A DNA stretch of 64,000 bases from an uncultured Bacteroidaceae bacterium (GTDB lineage Bacteria; Bacteroidota; Bacteroidia; Bacteroidales; P3). Location of the stretch: positions 9,332 to 73,331 of the forward strand of contig CAZITO010000003.1 in NCBI GenBank assembly GCA_964542225.1, read 5' to 3'. Position 1 is the stretch's first letter, and each line of letters starts with the position of its first letter. A program made the translations under genes and the position numbers. This document shows, in pieces, positions 37,973 through 48,717 of the stretch. The notes beneath the pieces were generated by a model. The model worked only from the letters and a program-made list of their open reading frames with translations. It did not search any database and had not been told where the DNA came from.

Positions 37973-39514
37973 ATGTTTAAAAGTCACCCGAAAGGTTTAG
38001 TTTCGGCAGCGTTGAGTAATATGGGCGAGCGTTTTGGCTACTATATTATGAATGCCGTTTTGCTTTTGTTCCTTTGTTCTAAGTTTGGGCTTAGCGATGG
38101 TACATCAGGCTTGATTTATTCAATTTTTTATGCTGCAATTTACGTCCTCTCCCTTGTAGGAGGTGTCATTGCCGACCGTACTCAAAATTATAAGGGTACT
38201 ATACAAAAAGGTTTGATAATAATGGCGTTGGGTTATGTCCTTCTTGCTATTCCTATCACTTCCACTTCCAACAACATTTCTTGGCTTTTGCCTTTTACTT
38301 GTTTGGCTTTGGCTCTTATTGCTTTTGGTAATGGATTATTCAAAGGTAATTTGCAAGCCATTGTAGGTCAAATGTATGACAACTATGAGGCAGAAGAGGC
38401 TAAAAAAGGAGAAGAGGCTTTAAGAATTGCAAAGACAAAACGTGATTCAGGTTTTCAAATCTTTTATGTTTTCATCAATGTAGGAGGTTTGATTGCTCCT
38501 TTTGTTGCTCCTTTGCTTAGACAATGGTGGTTAAAGGTTAATGGATTTATTTACAATGCCAACCTACCGGAACTTTGCCACAAAGTTATAAATGGAGATA
38601 TAGGAGAGCAAATTACAAAGTACAACGACCTTTCTGCTGCTGCAACCATCAGTGGAACTTTTGACCCAAATAGATATTTGGAAGTATTTAACCAAGGAGT
38701 TCATTTTTCTTTCTTTGCTTCGGTGGCGGCAATGTTGATTTCTTTGATAATATTCCTTGTAAATAAAAAAATATTCCCTACACCTGCTAAAAAAGAAGCA
38801 ACAGCAACGGTTAACTACACTGCAGAAGAAAAACAGGCTATGGCAAAAGAAATCAAACAAAGAATGTATGCTTTGTTTGCTGTATTGGGGATAGTGATAT
38901 TTTTCTGGTTTTCTTTCCATCAAAATGGTCAATCTCTTTCTGTATTTGCAAGAGATTTTGTTAAAACCGATAAGATAGCACCTGAAATTTGGCAGGCAGT
39001 TAATCCTTTCTTCGTTATAGTACTTACTCCTATAATTATGTGGATATTCTCCGCATTGGCAAAGAAAGGTAAAGATATTTCAACTCCGAGAAAGATAGCC
39101 TACGGTATGGCAATAGCCGCTGTAGCGTATTTGTTCCTTACAATATTTTCTGCCGTACATAACTATCCGTCAGGAACAGAGTTTAGAAATATGGACGAAG
39201 CCCAAGCTATGGGTATGAAAGCAGATTGGTGGGTGTTGATAGTAACGTATTTCTTTTTGACTGTTGCCGAGTTGTTTATCTCGCCTTTGGGATTGTCTTT
39301 TGTTTCCAAAGTGGCACCTAAACATTTGCTTGGTCTGTGTCAAGGTTTGTGGCTTGGTGCAACGGCTGTGGGCAACCTTCTTATTTGGATAGGACCTGTT
39401 ATGTACAATGCTTGGCCTATACAATATTGCTGGTTGGTGTTTGTTATTGTGTGTGTTATTTCTATGGGAGTAATGCTTGGTATGGTCAAATGGCTTGAAA
39501 GAGTTACAAAATAA
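37973..39514 (+). CDS. Proton-dependent oligopeptide transporter (POT/PTR2 family di-/tripeptide permease)
   Basis: 513 aa, multi-TM. ERFGYYIMNAVLLLF, GGVIADR and FGNGLFKGNLQAIVGQMY are POT family signature blocks. Confidence 0.85.
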   Translation: MFKSHPKGLVSAALSNMGERFGYYIMNAVLLLFLCSKFGLSDGTSGLIYSIFYAAIYVLSLVGGVIADRTQNYKGTIQKGLIIMALGYVLLAIPITSTSNNISWLLPFTCLALALIAFGNGLFKGNLQAIVGQMYDNYEAEEAKKGEEALRIAKTKRDSGFQIFYVFINVGGLIAPFVAPLLRQWWLKVNGFIYNANLPELCHKVINGDIGEQITKYNDLSAAATISGTFDPNRYLEVFNQGVHFSFFASVAAMLISLIIFLVNKKIFPTPAKKEATATVNYTAEEKQAMAKEIKQRMYALFAVLGIVIFFWFSFHQNGQSLSVFARDFVKTDKIAPEIWQAVNPFFVIVLTPIIMWIFSALAKKGKDISTPRKIAYGMAIAAVAYLFLTIFSAVHNYPSGTEFRNMDEAQAMGMKADWWVLIVTYFFLTVAELFISPLGLSFVSKVAPKHLLGLCQGLWLGATAVGNLLIWIGPVMYNAWPIQYCWLVFVIVCVISMGVMLGMVKWLERVTK

Positions 39515-39538
39515 ATTTTTTATACTCTAAATTAAAAA

Positions 39539-39571
39539 AGACGCACTCAAAAAAGATGTGCGTCTTTTTTT
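39539..39571 (+). terminator. Rho-independent terminator after the POT gene
   Basis: The stem AAGACGCAC / GTGCGTCTT has an 11-nt loop and is followed by a T-run. Confidence 0.75.
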
Positions 39572-39949
39572 ATTTTTTTCTTAAAATATTTGGGAGGGTA
39601 TTGGGAAATTTTTATAACTTTGCAAGCGAAAGGAAATTTTGATATACATTTTTAACAAAAATAAGCAACTATGAAACAAAGACCTACATATTTTTATAAC
39701 ATCGCTTTTTGCCTTATATATGCGTCTGAGCGTATATTTTTGTTTGGGAAAAACAACTTTATTTTATCTGCCTGCGTAGGTAGATGAAATTGCGTATTTA
39801 AGGGCTTTAACAACTTTTTGCGAACTTCTTTTTCCTATTTGCGCAGGCTATAAGACAAAGATTATAATCTTTTTGTTTCCCAAAGAAAAAAAACAGAAGT
39901 AAAGCCCTGGGTAAAAAATAAAATTCAACAAATAAAAAAAAATTAAATA

Positions 39950-40420
39950 ATGAAAAAGATAAGAATAAAGACCATAATGTTTTTACTTATGGCAATAACA
40001 TTAACAGGCGTAACATTCCTTTCTTGCAACGACGACGAAAAAGAGGAAAGAAAAGAACAGACAACAAATTCATCTTATTTATTTAACAAATGGCAATTAG
40101 AGGCATTCGTTAATAATGATTCTGGTATAAAAACACCTTCTGAAAATAACAATAATGTTTATTGGATAAAAATAAATGACGATTATTCTTTTGAAGGAAA
40201 AGCTTATTCCAATGAAATAAAAGGAAATATTCTTTTAGATACGGTAGCCTATGAATTAATATTCACAGATATAATAGGAACAGAAATTACCGAATTATTT
40301 GATGGTCAATTATTTGTTGAATGTCTTTATAATGTAAATAAGTATGAACTTACAAAAAATACATTGAAATTATTTTATAATGATAATAAAAGTTATTTAA
40401 TATTTAAGAAAGGGAATTAA
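39950..40420 (+). CDS. Small lipoprotein, function unknown, translationally coupled (TAATG) to the downstream protease gene
   Basis: 156 aa with a lipobox TFLSC. NKWQLEAF...YWIKINDDYSFEGKAYSNEIKG faintly resembles META/HslJ-like domains. Its stop overlaps the protease ATG by 1 nt. Confidence 0.45.
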   Translation: MKKIRIKTIMFLLMAITLTGVTFLSCNDDEKEERKEQTTNSSYLFNKWQLEAFVNNDSGIKTPSENNNNVYWIKINDDYSFEGKAYSNEIKGNILLDTVAYELIFTDIIGTEITELFDGQLFVECLYNVNKYELTKNTLKLFYNDNKSYLIFKKGN

Positions 40421-43384
40421 TGATGAAAGGATTTAGAAATTATTTATTTTTAACTATAGCAATTATAATCTGTAATTGTACTTTTGGACAATTAAGTACA
40501 AAAGAGCATCCAATTAGTTTTTCATACAAGAATATTAAGAGTATAGATAGCATTATTATTTTACCTGAGTTAGATATGAAAACTATTGCTACTGAAGATT
40601 TGGAGGATGAAGAGAAAGGGCAACCGCCTCGTTTTGGGTATAAACACAACGTAAATATTACATTGGACAATTCTGGAGAATGGGAAATTTTAGAAGATGG
40701 AAGTAAATTATGGCGATTGTCTATTAAATGTTCTGACGCATTATCTATCAACTTACTATATGATAAATTCTGGCTGCCAGAAGGAGCAAAGTTATTTATT
40801 TATAGCAATGATAAAAAATATGTTTTGGGGGCATTTACATCACTAAATAACAAAGGTACATTGAGTAATTTGCGAGGTTTTGCAACAGGATTAATCTATG
40901 GTGATAATATTATTTAAGAATATTATGTCCCTTCTGGTATCAATGAAATAGGTGTGATATCCATATCCCATGTTGTACATGGTTATAGATATATATCCAT
41001 TTACGATGAAGCGGTAGGTTTTAGAACTTCTGGGGAATGTCAAGTGAATGTTAATTGTGAAGAAGGGCAAAATTGGCAAAATGAGAAAAATGCTATTGCA
41101 TTGATATTGATAAATGGAAATAGATGGTGTACAGGTTCACTAATAAACAATACAGCACAAGATAATCAGCCATTGTTATTAACTGCATCACATTGTCTCT
41201 ATGGACACGATGCTATAAACAATCCAGAATTAGATGACTATTCATTTTGGTGGAATTATGAGTCCCCGGATTGTAATACTCCTACTACAAAACCTATTTA
41301 TTATACGACAACAGGAGCCAAAATACTTGCAAATAAAAGTGCGTCAAACGGTAGTGATTTCGCATTACTATACCTAACAGAAGATCCACGAAATTGTTTG
41401 GGAGTAAGGTTATATTATTTGGGTTGGGATAATTCAGGTTTTTCAGGTTCATCTTTCGTAGGAATTCATCATCCGAGCGGTGATATAAAAAAAATAGCTA
41501 CCTTAATGGGTCCTACTTATAGTTATTCCATGGGAAGTACCTCTAATAGCTATTGGAAACACTATTGGTCACAAACAATAAATGGATACTCAGTAACAGA
41601 AGGAGGCTCATCAGGTTCTCCTTTAATAAACAATGAACGACATATTATTGGACAATTATACGGAGGTTCAAAAATAAATTGTTCTGACCCTGCTAATGAT
41701 GTAGCCATTTATGGTAAGTTTAGCGCTTCATGGAATGGTAATGGAGCAACTGACAACAGAAGAAAATTGCAATCTTGGCTAGACCCTTTGAATAGCGGTG
41801 TATCTACGCTTGATGGTATAGGTAGATTAAAAACCAGCGACCTATATGTCAGGGATGTAGTAGGAGATAATGGCACAGAGCCGAGTGTTACCCATGGGAT
41901 TATGTGGGACAGTCCTGATATTTGGATAGAGGATATGAATGGCAACAAAATAAACAATCCATACGGCAACGCTGAGTATAAGGTTTGCGTAAGAGTACAT
42001 AACAGAAGTGAGGTCAGTTCTACGGGCGAGGAAAGGTTGTTTCTTAATTGGGCAAAGGCAGGCATTGACTTAGTATGGAGAGGGAATTGGACGAGTGATA
42101 ATATTTTTGATTGCGGAGCGGTTAAAGGCGGAGTTATAGGCAGTGCCAACGGAGTAAAGATACCTGTTATTGCAGCCAACGGAAACGAGGTTGTAAAAGT
42201 TACATGGCTTACCCCAATGAGCGAGGACTATGAGAACTGCACGGATGCAGGAGCGGAGAATTGGCATTTTTGCTTGACTGCAAGAGTACATGATGGGGAA
42301 GAAATAGAAGGGGAAAACGAGAACCTGCTTAATATGGGAGTTTTTACGGAGAGAAACAACAATGTAGCGTGGAAAAACATTTCCATATTAAACAGCAAGT
42401 TTCCGAGAGCGGTAGTATCTGTAAGCAATCCATATAAAGAAAAGCACAATTTTTCAATAAAATACAAACACACAGCAAATCAGAGCAATGAGTTATTACA
42501 AGATTTTGCCGATGTTTATATCACATTGAGCGAAGGGTTGTTAAAGGCATGGCAAGAGGGCGGACAAAACTCACAAGGAGTAAAACGAGCAAGAGAGAAT
42601 AAGTTTCTTATAACAGATAATGAGGCGGTTTTTGATAATTTAGTATTGGAGCCAAAGGAATTACATAGCATAGCGACAGAGGTTAATTTTTACACACAAA
42701 AAGATTCAAAGATGAATAGATTTGATTTTGATATAATAGAGTATTGCAATGATTGTGAAAACAGAATAATAGGTGGCGAGCATTACACAGCAATAAAGGA
42801 TGGAACGAAAGATTTTAAAGCGATGGCGATAGAGGACAAGACGGTTATTAAAGGCAGAGAGGCTTCATTTACAGCAAATATTATAAACGAGCAGGCAGAA
42901 TATGTTTGGTATAATCAACAAGGAGATACATTAACAAAGGGTCAAACTTTGACTACAAGACCAATAAACAGCCAAAGATACATATTGGAAGTAACGGCAA
43001 AAGAGGATGGATATAGGGATAAGGATACGGTAAGCGTCAATGTAAAGCGAGCGAGAATAAACACATTGACTGGACAAGAAAGGGCGACCTGTGAAATACA
43101 CTACCGGCGTCAATGTAAAGCGAGCGAGAATAAACACATTGACACCAAATCCTGCAAATACCACTTGTACACTAAATTATGAACTTTCCGAAGAGATAAA
43201 CAATGCGAGAATAGTTATTTTAAACACATTGGGTAATGTTGTTTATAGTGAGGTATTGCCAAATGGACAAGCCCAAACAACCAAAACCATCAACCTACAA
43301 AACATAAGCTCAGGACAATACACATTACAAATAATTTCGCAAAATGAAACATTGGATACCAAGACTTTAATAATAGAGCAATAG
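40420..43384 (+). pseudogene. T9SS-targeted trypsin-like (lysyl-endopeptidase-like, S1 family) serine protease, broken by an in-frame TAA and a frameshifting duplication
   Basis: It has a signal peptide, and the pro-region PPRFGYKHNV...LWRLSIKCSDALSINLLYDKFWLPEGAKLFIY...GDNII*EYYVP with TAA at 40915-40917 in the same frame as 40954-43182. The triad context is LLLTASHCL (His), SDFALLYL (Asp) and EGGSSGSPL (Ser). The C-terminal sorting domain TLTPNPANTTCTLNYELS...QYTLQIIS...LIIEQ is in a different frame (43091-43384). Confidence 0.75.
43034..43143 (+). repeat. Exact 37-bp direct repeat (43034-43070 and 43107-43143) spaced 73 bp apart
   Basis: GCGTCAATGTAAAGCGAGCGAGAATAAACACATTGAC occurs twice. 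Copy 1 is in the protease frame and copy 2 is in the CTD frame. Both encode VNVKRARINTLT. Confidence 0.9.
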
Positions 43385-43552
43385 ATTGTTTTGTAACAGC
43401 AACGCTCTGGGTGTTATTAGTATTGACTGAAGTTTTTTTATTAAAAACTCCAATCTTTTTTGAATTCTCTATGGTATTGTATTTTAGGATTAAAAATTGC
43501 CCTTTAATTTTATCTTTTTTGCTAATATTTTTTCTTAAAACTCAAAATATTG

Positions 43553-43560
43553 TAAATTTG
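43553..43560 (+). promoter_or_regulatory. -7 box TAAATTTG upstream of mutA
   Basis: ATTGTAAATTTGCAAAC lies about 45 nt before the ATG at 43604. Confidence 0.45.
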
Positions 43561-43603
43561 CAAACTACAAAAGAGTATAGATAAACACTAAATATATATT
43601 TTT

Positions 43604-45457
43604 ATGAACGACAATAAATTGTTTAATGAGTTTCCTCCTGTTACGACAGAGCAATGGGAAGCCGTTATAGAAAAAGACCTTAAAGGTGCCGATTATAATA
43701 AAAAACTAATATGGAAAACCAATGAAGGCTTCGATGTAAAACCTTATTACAGAGCCAACGATATAGAAAATTTGGAATATTTGCAAAACAACCCTTCTCA
43801 AGAGCCATTTGTTAGAGGCTATAAGGCAAAGGACAATTGTTGGGATGTCAGACAAGATTTTGAAAGTGAAGATTTGGTTTATCAAAATTCTATGTTGTTG
43901 CAGGCATTAGAAAGAGGTGCAAATTCCATTGGTGTAAATGCAACAAAAATAGAGAAACAAGAAGATTTTAACCTGCTTTTTAAAGATGTTAAAGTAGATA
44001 TTATTAAAGTTAATTTCTTAAAATCCAAAAATTTCCTTAGTCTTTTGAAAATGTATTGTGATTTTTTGAAGCAGAATAATATAAATACTTTGGAAGTAGA
44101 AGGAAGCATTAACTTTGATATTTTTGCTTACGCTCTAAAACACGGAGGTTATTACAATTCTTTGTCTTCTGATTTACAAGAGTTGGTTGATATTTTGAAG
44201 TTCGCAAAGGAGAATTTGCCTAAATTCAAAGTTATAAATGTAAATGCCGTTATTTTCAAAAATGCCGGTTCAAATATAACTCAGGAATTAGGCTTTGCTC
44301 TTGCTTTGGCAAATGAATATGTTGCTTTGTTGACAGATAAAGGTTTTGCCTTAAGCGATGTAACATCAAGGCTTATGTTTTCTTTTGCCACTGGTAGCGA
44401 TTACTTTTTAGAGATAGCCAAATTGCGTTCTGCTCGCCTTTTGTGGTCAAATATTATTGAGCAATACGAAGGTGCAACGGAGAGCGATGCAAAAAGTTAC
44501 ATACATTCAGAAAACACCTTGTATAATAAAACAATTTTTGACGCACATGTCAATTTGCTGAGAACAACCACTGAGACCATGTCTTCGGTTATAGCAGGAG
44601 CGGATTCTATTAGTGTAAAACCTTTCGATGTGGCTTTGAAAGATAGTGATGAGTTTTCTTTGAGGCTCGCTTTGAATCAACAAATATTATTAAAGGAAGA
44701 GTCTTATTTGGATAAAATAGTAGACCCATCCTCCGGTTCCTATTATATAGAAACTTTGACAAATAACATTTGTGAAAAGGCGTGGGAAATATTCAAACAA
44801 ATAGAGGCTATGGGGGGATATGCTAAGGCAATAGAAAATAACTTTGTACAAGATAAAATAGAAGAAATGTTTAACCTTGTGGCAAAGGATATGGCAAAGA
44901 GAAAGAAAGTTTTGGTTGGTACCAATCAATATCCAAACCTTATGGAAAAGGAAATTAATTGCCAAAAAAGAGATTCTCAAAGCAAAGCGGATAAAAATAC
45001 TTTCAAATCTTTGACTTTTAATCGTGAAGCTTTGCCTTTTGAAAAACTTAGATTGGACGTTATTTCTTCAAAAAAAGTGCCTACAATTTTCTTATTGCTT
45101 TATGGTAATTTGTCTATGCGTACGGCAAGGGCTGGTTTTGCAAGTAATTTCTTTGGTGTTGCGGGTTATGAAATAGCAAATAACCGTGGCTTTGATACAA
45201 TAGATGAGGCTGCTGAGGCTATTTTGAAAGCAAACAATGATATACTTGTATTGTGTTCTTCCGATGACGAATATCCGGAACTTGTAAAGGCTTTGCTTCC
45301 AAAGATTAAAGGCAAAATACGTCATATAATAGTAGCAGGTAATCCTGCTGATGAAATCAAACAGGAGTTTGATAAAGAGGGTATTACAGATTATATAAAT
45401 GTAAGAACCAACGCTTTGGAAAGTCTGACAAAATACAATAAAGACCTGCTTAATTAA
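43604..45457 (+). CDS. mutA: Methylmalonyl-CoA mutase small (beta) subunit
   Basis: 617 aa. FPPVTTEQWEAVIEKDLKGADYNKKLIWKTNEGFDVKPYY is the characteristic N-terminus. The TIM-barrel-like core and the C-terminal Rossmann-like domain lack an obvious DxHxxG B12 motif, as expected for the small subunit. Confidence 0.8.
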   Translation: MNDNKLFNEFPPVTTEQWEAVIEKDLKGADYNKKLIWKTNEGFDVKPYYRANDIENLEYLQNNPSQEPFVRGYKAKDNCWDVRQDFESEDLVYQNSMLLQALERGANSIGVNATKIEKQEDFNLLFKDVKVDIIKVNFLKSKNFLSLLKMYCDFLKQNNINTLEVEGSINFDIFAYALKHGGYYNSLSSDLQELVDILKFAKENLPKFKVINVNAVIFKNAGSNITQELGFALALANEYVALLTDKGFALSDVTSRLMFSFATGSDYFLEIAKLRSARLLWSNIIEQYEGATESDAKSYIHSENTLYNKTIFDAHVNLLRTTTETMSSVIAGADSISVKPFDVALKDSDEFSLRLALNQQILLKEESYLDKIVDPSSGSYYIETLTNNICEKAWEIFKQIEAMGGYAKAIENNFVQDKIEEMFNLVAKDMAKRKKVLVGTNQYPNLMEKEINCQKRDSQSKADKNTFKSLTFNREALPFEKLRLDVISSKKVPTIFLLLYGNLSMRTARAGFASNFFGVAGYEIANNRGFDTIDEAAEAILKANNDILVLCSSDDEYPELVKALLPKIKGKIRHIIVAGNPADEIKQEFDKEGITDYINVRTNALESLTKYNKDLLN

Positions 45458-45494
45458 GGAATAAATTGTTTTTTAATTGATATATAATTTTTTT

Positions 45495-45526
45495 AGCGGA
45501 CACATAATTTGCGTCCGCTTTTTTTA
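45495..45526 (+). terminator. Rho-independent terminator after mutA
   Basis: The stem AGCGGAC / GTCCGCT has an 11-nt loop and is followed by T7. Confidence 0.75.
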
Positions 45527-45616
45527 TAAAAATATTATTTTGATAAATAAGAGTCAATGGAATTGTAGTAATTTTGCCAAACGATATTAACGAATAAAAA
45601 TATAAATATAAGAGAT

Positions 45617-46384
45617 ATGTTGTTTGAGGAGATAATAGTAGGACCTATACATTCAAGAAGATTGGGTACAAGTTTGGGCGTTAATGTTTTGCCGACTCAA
45701 AAAAAATATTGTTCTTTTGATTGTGTTTATTGCGAATGCGGTTGGAATGAAATAGACACCCGTACTCATGTGGGCTTTAATGAAAGAGCAACCATTAAAA
45801 ATGCTCTTAAACAATGGTGTATAACACACACCGAGACAGAAAGAAAAAAAGTGGACAGCATAACTTTTTCTGGTAATGGCGAGCCGACTCTTCACCCTGA
45901 AATACTTGGTATTGTGGAGGATGTAATAGCCTTGCGAAATGAGTATATGCCTCAAGCCAAGGTTACCATTTTGACCAATTCCACAAATCTATATAAGCCA
46001 GAGGTTAATAAGGCTTTGCATCTGATTGATAATCCCATACTAAAAATAGACGCAGGCTCGGAGCAAATGTATAAACGAATAAACAAACCTGTGAGTGCTA
46101 CATTTGAGGATATAAAAAAGGGACTTAAAGATTTTGGCGACAAGGCTATAATACAAACCATACTTTTGAGAAGTAAAAACAAAGCAGAGGAAATAAATAA
46201 TACTACCGAAGAAGAGTTTTCTGCGTGGCTTTCTTTTATCAAAGAAATAAAACCTCGTATGGTTATGCTTTATGTAATAGATAGAGCAACTCCGGACAAA
46301 GATTTGATTAAACTTGAAAAAGAAGAAATGGAATCATTTGCCGACAGGGTAAGAGCTTTGGGTATAAAAACAGAGTGCTATTAA
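45617..46384 (+). CDS. Radical SAM protein
   Basis: 255 aa with the CSFDCVYCECGW (CxxxCxxC) cluster motif near the N-terminus and GNGEPTLHP (SAM-binding GGE-like). Confidence 0.75.
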   Translation: MLFEEIIVGPIHSRRLGTSLGVNVLPTQKKYCSFDCVYCECGWNEIDTRTHVGFNERATIKNALKQWCITHTETERKKVDSITFSGNGEPTLHPEILGIVEDVIALRNEYMPQAKVTILTNSTNLYKPEVNKALHLIDNPILKIDAGSEQMYKRINKPVSATFEDIKKGLKDFGDKAIIQTILLRSKNKAEEINNTTEEEFSAWLSFIKEIKPRMVMLYVIDRATPDKDLIKLEKEEMESFADRVRALGIKTECY

Positions 46385-47604
46385 GGTTTTGGATAATTAT
46401 TTTTGATAAAGTCCAAAATATCTTTTAATACCTCTGGTGCAAAGGTTTCTTCTATATTTATGTATTCGTTAAAATTTCCGCTTTGGCAATGTTGAAACAG
46501 GTGATTGAGTTGCGGGTAAGTTTTTATTTCGGAATTTTGAGGCAAAAGTTTTTTCATTATGGGAATATTTTCTTGGCAAAGAACCTGTCTGTCTTTTTCG
46601 CCTTGCAAAACGAGGGTGGGAATGTGAATTTTGCTTAAATATTCTTGCGGGTCAAATTCATAGAAAAACTTTAACCAATAATCATTTATGTTGTTTGTGT
46701 CAAATTGATAAGAAGTAAGGTCGGCTCCTTGTGATTTAAGTATATCTTTTCCCTGTATGGAGGGACTTGCTGCCAAAATTATAAAGTCTACACTATCTGC
46801 CAAAATTTGAGCAATCAATCCTCCCTCGCTATGTCCGTAAATTCCTATAAAAGAAGTGTCTATTTGTTTTTGATTTTTCAACATTTGGACGGCACAAAAC
46901 GCATCTTCGGCAAAATCTTTGGTGGTACCTTTATACAAATTGGTATCTTTTTCCCCGTATCCCCTGTCGTCATAGCGAAATACTGCAATACCATTTTTTG
47001 TCAAATAATCGGCAATAACAAAAAATGGTTTGTGTTGAAATATTTCGGAGTCTCTGTTTTGGCAACCCGAACCGGAAACCAAAACAACACAAGGAAATTT
47101 TCCCTCCAAATCAGGCAAAGTCAAAGTACCATGGAATAAATATTTGGAATTAGGGTTGTTAAAAGACAAATCTATGCTTTTGTAGTTAAACGGAGGTTGA
47201 GGTGTTTGAGGACGCAAAAAGGTGAAGTTTGTTTGTTGCTTATAAAATGTCAACCCTTTAAACAAAAGCCCCTGACGAAAACTTGCTTGCAAAGTATCTT
47301 TCTTTTTAAAATTTGCTATTTTTATCACACAATTAAGTTTTTTAAAACCTAAAGAAAGAGTATCACCTTTGTGTTTTACCTTAGAGGGTGAAAATTGCTC
47401 TTTGCTTTGCATCGGGGAGCAAAAAAAGAATAGAGTTGTATCTTGTTTTTCAATGATTTCAAGGGTTAAAATAAGATTTTGACCATTGCCAACATCCAAA
47501 TTTCCCTTATAAAATAAGGTATCGTTGTTTGCCAAAACCAAACTTGTAAAAAAGATTAAAATTAATAATATCGTACTTTTCATTATATCACTTTTTTTTT
47601 GCAA
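46381..47604 (-). CDS. Alpha/beta hydrolase (secreted; the start may be at 47583)
   Basis: 407 aa with a signal peptide MKSTILLILIFF, the nucleophile elbow GHSEGG, and a later GEKD...NHLF region consistent with an Asp/His triad. Confidence 0.7.
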   Translation of the reverse strand: MQKKSDIMKSTILLILIFFTSLVLANNDTLFYKGNLDVGNGQNLILTLEIIEKQDTTLFFFCSPMQSKEQFSPSKVKHKGDTLSLGFKKLNCVIKIANFKKKDTLQASFRQGLLFKGLTFYKQQTNFTFLRPQTPQPPFNYKSIDLSFNNPNSKYLFHGTLTLPDLEGKFPCVVLVSGSGCQNRDSEIFQHKPFFVIADYLTKNGIAVFRYDDRGYGEKDTNLYKGTTKDFAEDAFCAVQMLKNQKQIDTSFIGIYGHSEGGLIAQILADSVDFIILAASPSIQGKDILKSQGADLTSYQFDTNNINDYWLKFFYEFDPQEYLSKIHIPTLVLQGEKDRQVLCQENIPIMKKLLPQNSEIKTYPQLNHLFQHCQSGNFNEYINIEETFAPEVLKDILDFIKNNYPKP

Positions 47605-47689
47605 AGTTAAAGAAAAATATACGATACAATAGAGTAACGGTAAAATTACTTATGGGGAGGTGTCTTTTTTATAAGTCCGATAATTTTTA

Positions 47690-47697
47690 TACTTTTG
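47690..47697 (+). promoter_or_regulatory. -7 box TACTTTTG upstream of manA
   Basis: TTTATACTTTTGCAAAAAA lies about 20 nt before the ATG at 47718. This argues against the longer ORF start at 47652. Confidence 0.5.
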
Positions 47698-47717
47698 CAA
47701 AAAATAAATGTATAGCA

Positions 47718-48707
47718 ATGAAAGAACAGGGTTTATATCCTTTAAAATTTATGCCCTTGTTTAAGAACAAAATTTGGGGAGGAAACAAAATTAGAGATTT
47801 GGTCGGAATAGATTATTCTCCATTGAATCGTTGCGGAGAAGTGTGGGTTTTATCTGCTTTAAAAGAAAATGAAAGTGTTGTGGAAAATGGTTTTTTGGCA
47901 GAATGTACTTTGAATGAGGTTATAGAAATGTATTCAGACGAGTTATTGGGAGAAGATAATTTTAATAGATTTTATACCGATTTTCCTTTGCTGATAAAAC
48001 TTATAGATGCCAGTGATAATCTTTCCGTACAAGTACATCCGGACGACAATTATGCTCAAAAACATGGCATGGAAAACGGCAAAACAGAGATGTGGTATGT
48101 TTTGCAAGCCGATAATGAGGCAGAATTATATGTTGGTTTTAATCAAAAAGAAACAAAGGCAGATATAATCAACAGATTGAGAAACAAAACTTTTCAACAA
48201 GTACTTCACAAAGATAAGGTAGAGCAAGGTGATTTGTTTTTTATTCCGTCAGGTACCATTCACGCCATCGGCAAAGGAGTGCTTTTGGCAGAAATACAAC
48301 AAAGCAGTGATGCAACTTTTCGTCTATACGATTGGGATAGAGTGGGAGAGAATAACCAACCAAGAGAATTGCACTTAGAACAGGGACTTGAAGTATTAGA
48401 CCTTTCTCAGCAAGAAGGTACAGCAAAAATTCACTATCACTATCACCCAAATGAAACTACTAATTTGGTGCAATGCCCTTATTTTGTTACCAATGTTATT
48501 CCTTTAACTCAGGCTTTGAAAAAAGATTATTCCAACTCGGATACTTTTTATCTCTATTTTTGTGTGGCGGGTAAAGGCTTTGTTACTTCCATGGGGCATA
48601 GAATACCTTTGAGTGCGGGAGAAATATTAATGATACCTGCTATTGCACAAGACACTCTTATAGAACCACAACCATTGATGGAAATATTAGAAATAACCAT
48701 ATTGTAA
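47718..48707 (+). CDS. manA: Type I phosphomannose isomerase (mannose-6-phosphate isomerase, cupin)
   Basis: LYPLKFMPLFKNKIWGG, FPLLIKLIDASDNLSVQVHPDD, KTEMWYV and IPSGTIHAIG are class I PMI motifs. Confidence 0.85.
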   Translation: MKEQGLYPLKFMPLFKNKIWGGNKIRDLVGIDYSPLNRCGEVWVLSALKENESVVENGFLAECTLNEVIEMYSDELLGEDNFNRFYTDFPLLIKLIDASDNLSVQVHPDDNYAQKHGMENGKTEMWYVLQADNEAELYVGFNQKETKADIINRLRNKTFQQVLHKDKVEQGDLFFIPSGTIHAIGKGVLLAEIQQSSDATFRLYDWDRVGENNQPRELHLEQGLEVLDLSQQEGTAKIHYHYHPNETTNLVQCPYFVTNVIPLTQALKKDYSNSDTFYLYFCVAGKGFVTSMGHRIPLSAGEILMIPAIAQDTLIEPQPLMEILEITIL

Positions 48708-48717
48708 AGTAAAAAGT

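Noticed and set aside
39650-39949. Structured leader or riboswitch upstream of the lipoprotein-protease pair (7-bp stem 39772/39850 and 9-bp stem 39803/39901 in a pseudoknot-like arrangement)
   Set aside because: Complementarities of this length are expected by chance in about 400 nt of AT-rich sequence. I saw no known riboswitch core motifs.
43034-43143. Diversity-generating retroelement (template/variable repeat) at the protease C-terminus
   Set aside because: The two 37-mers are identical, with no adenine-specific mismatches. No reverse transcriptase or accessory gene is in the window. The repeats are only 73 bp apart in the same gene.
43385-43603. Cobalamin riboswitch upstream of mutA
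   Set aside because: No B12-box-like GCCACTG core or conserved stems are visible. The region is AT-rich with only a promoter-like box.
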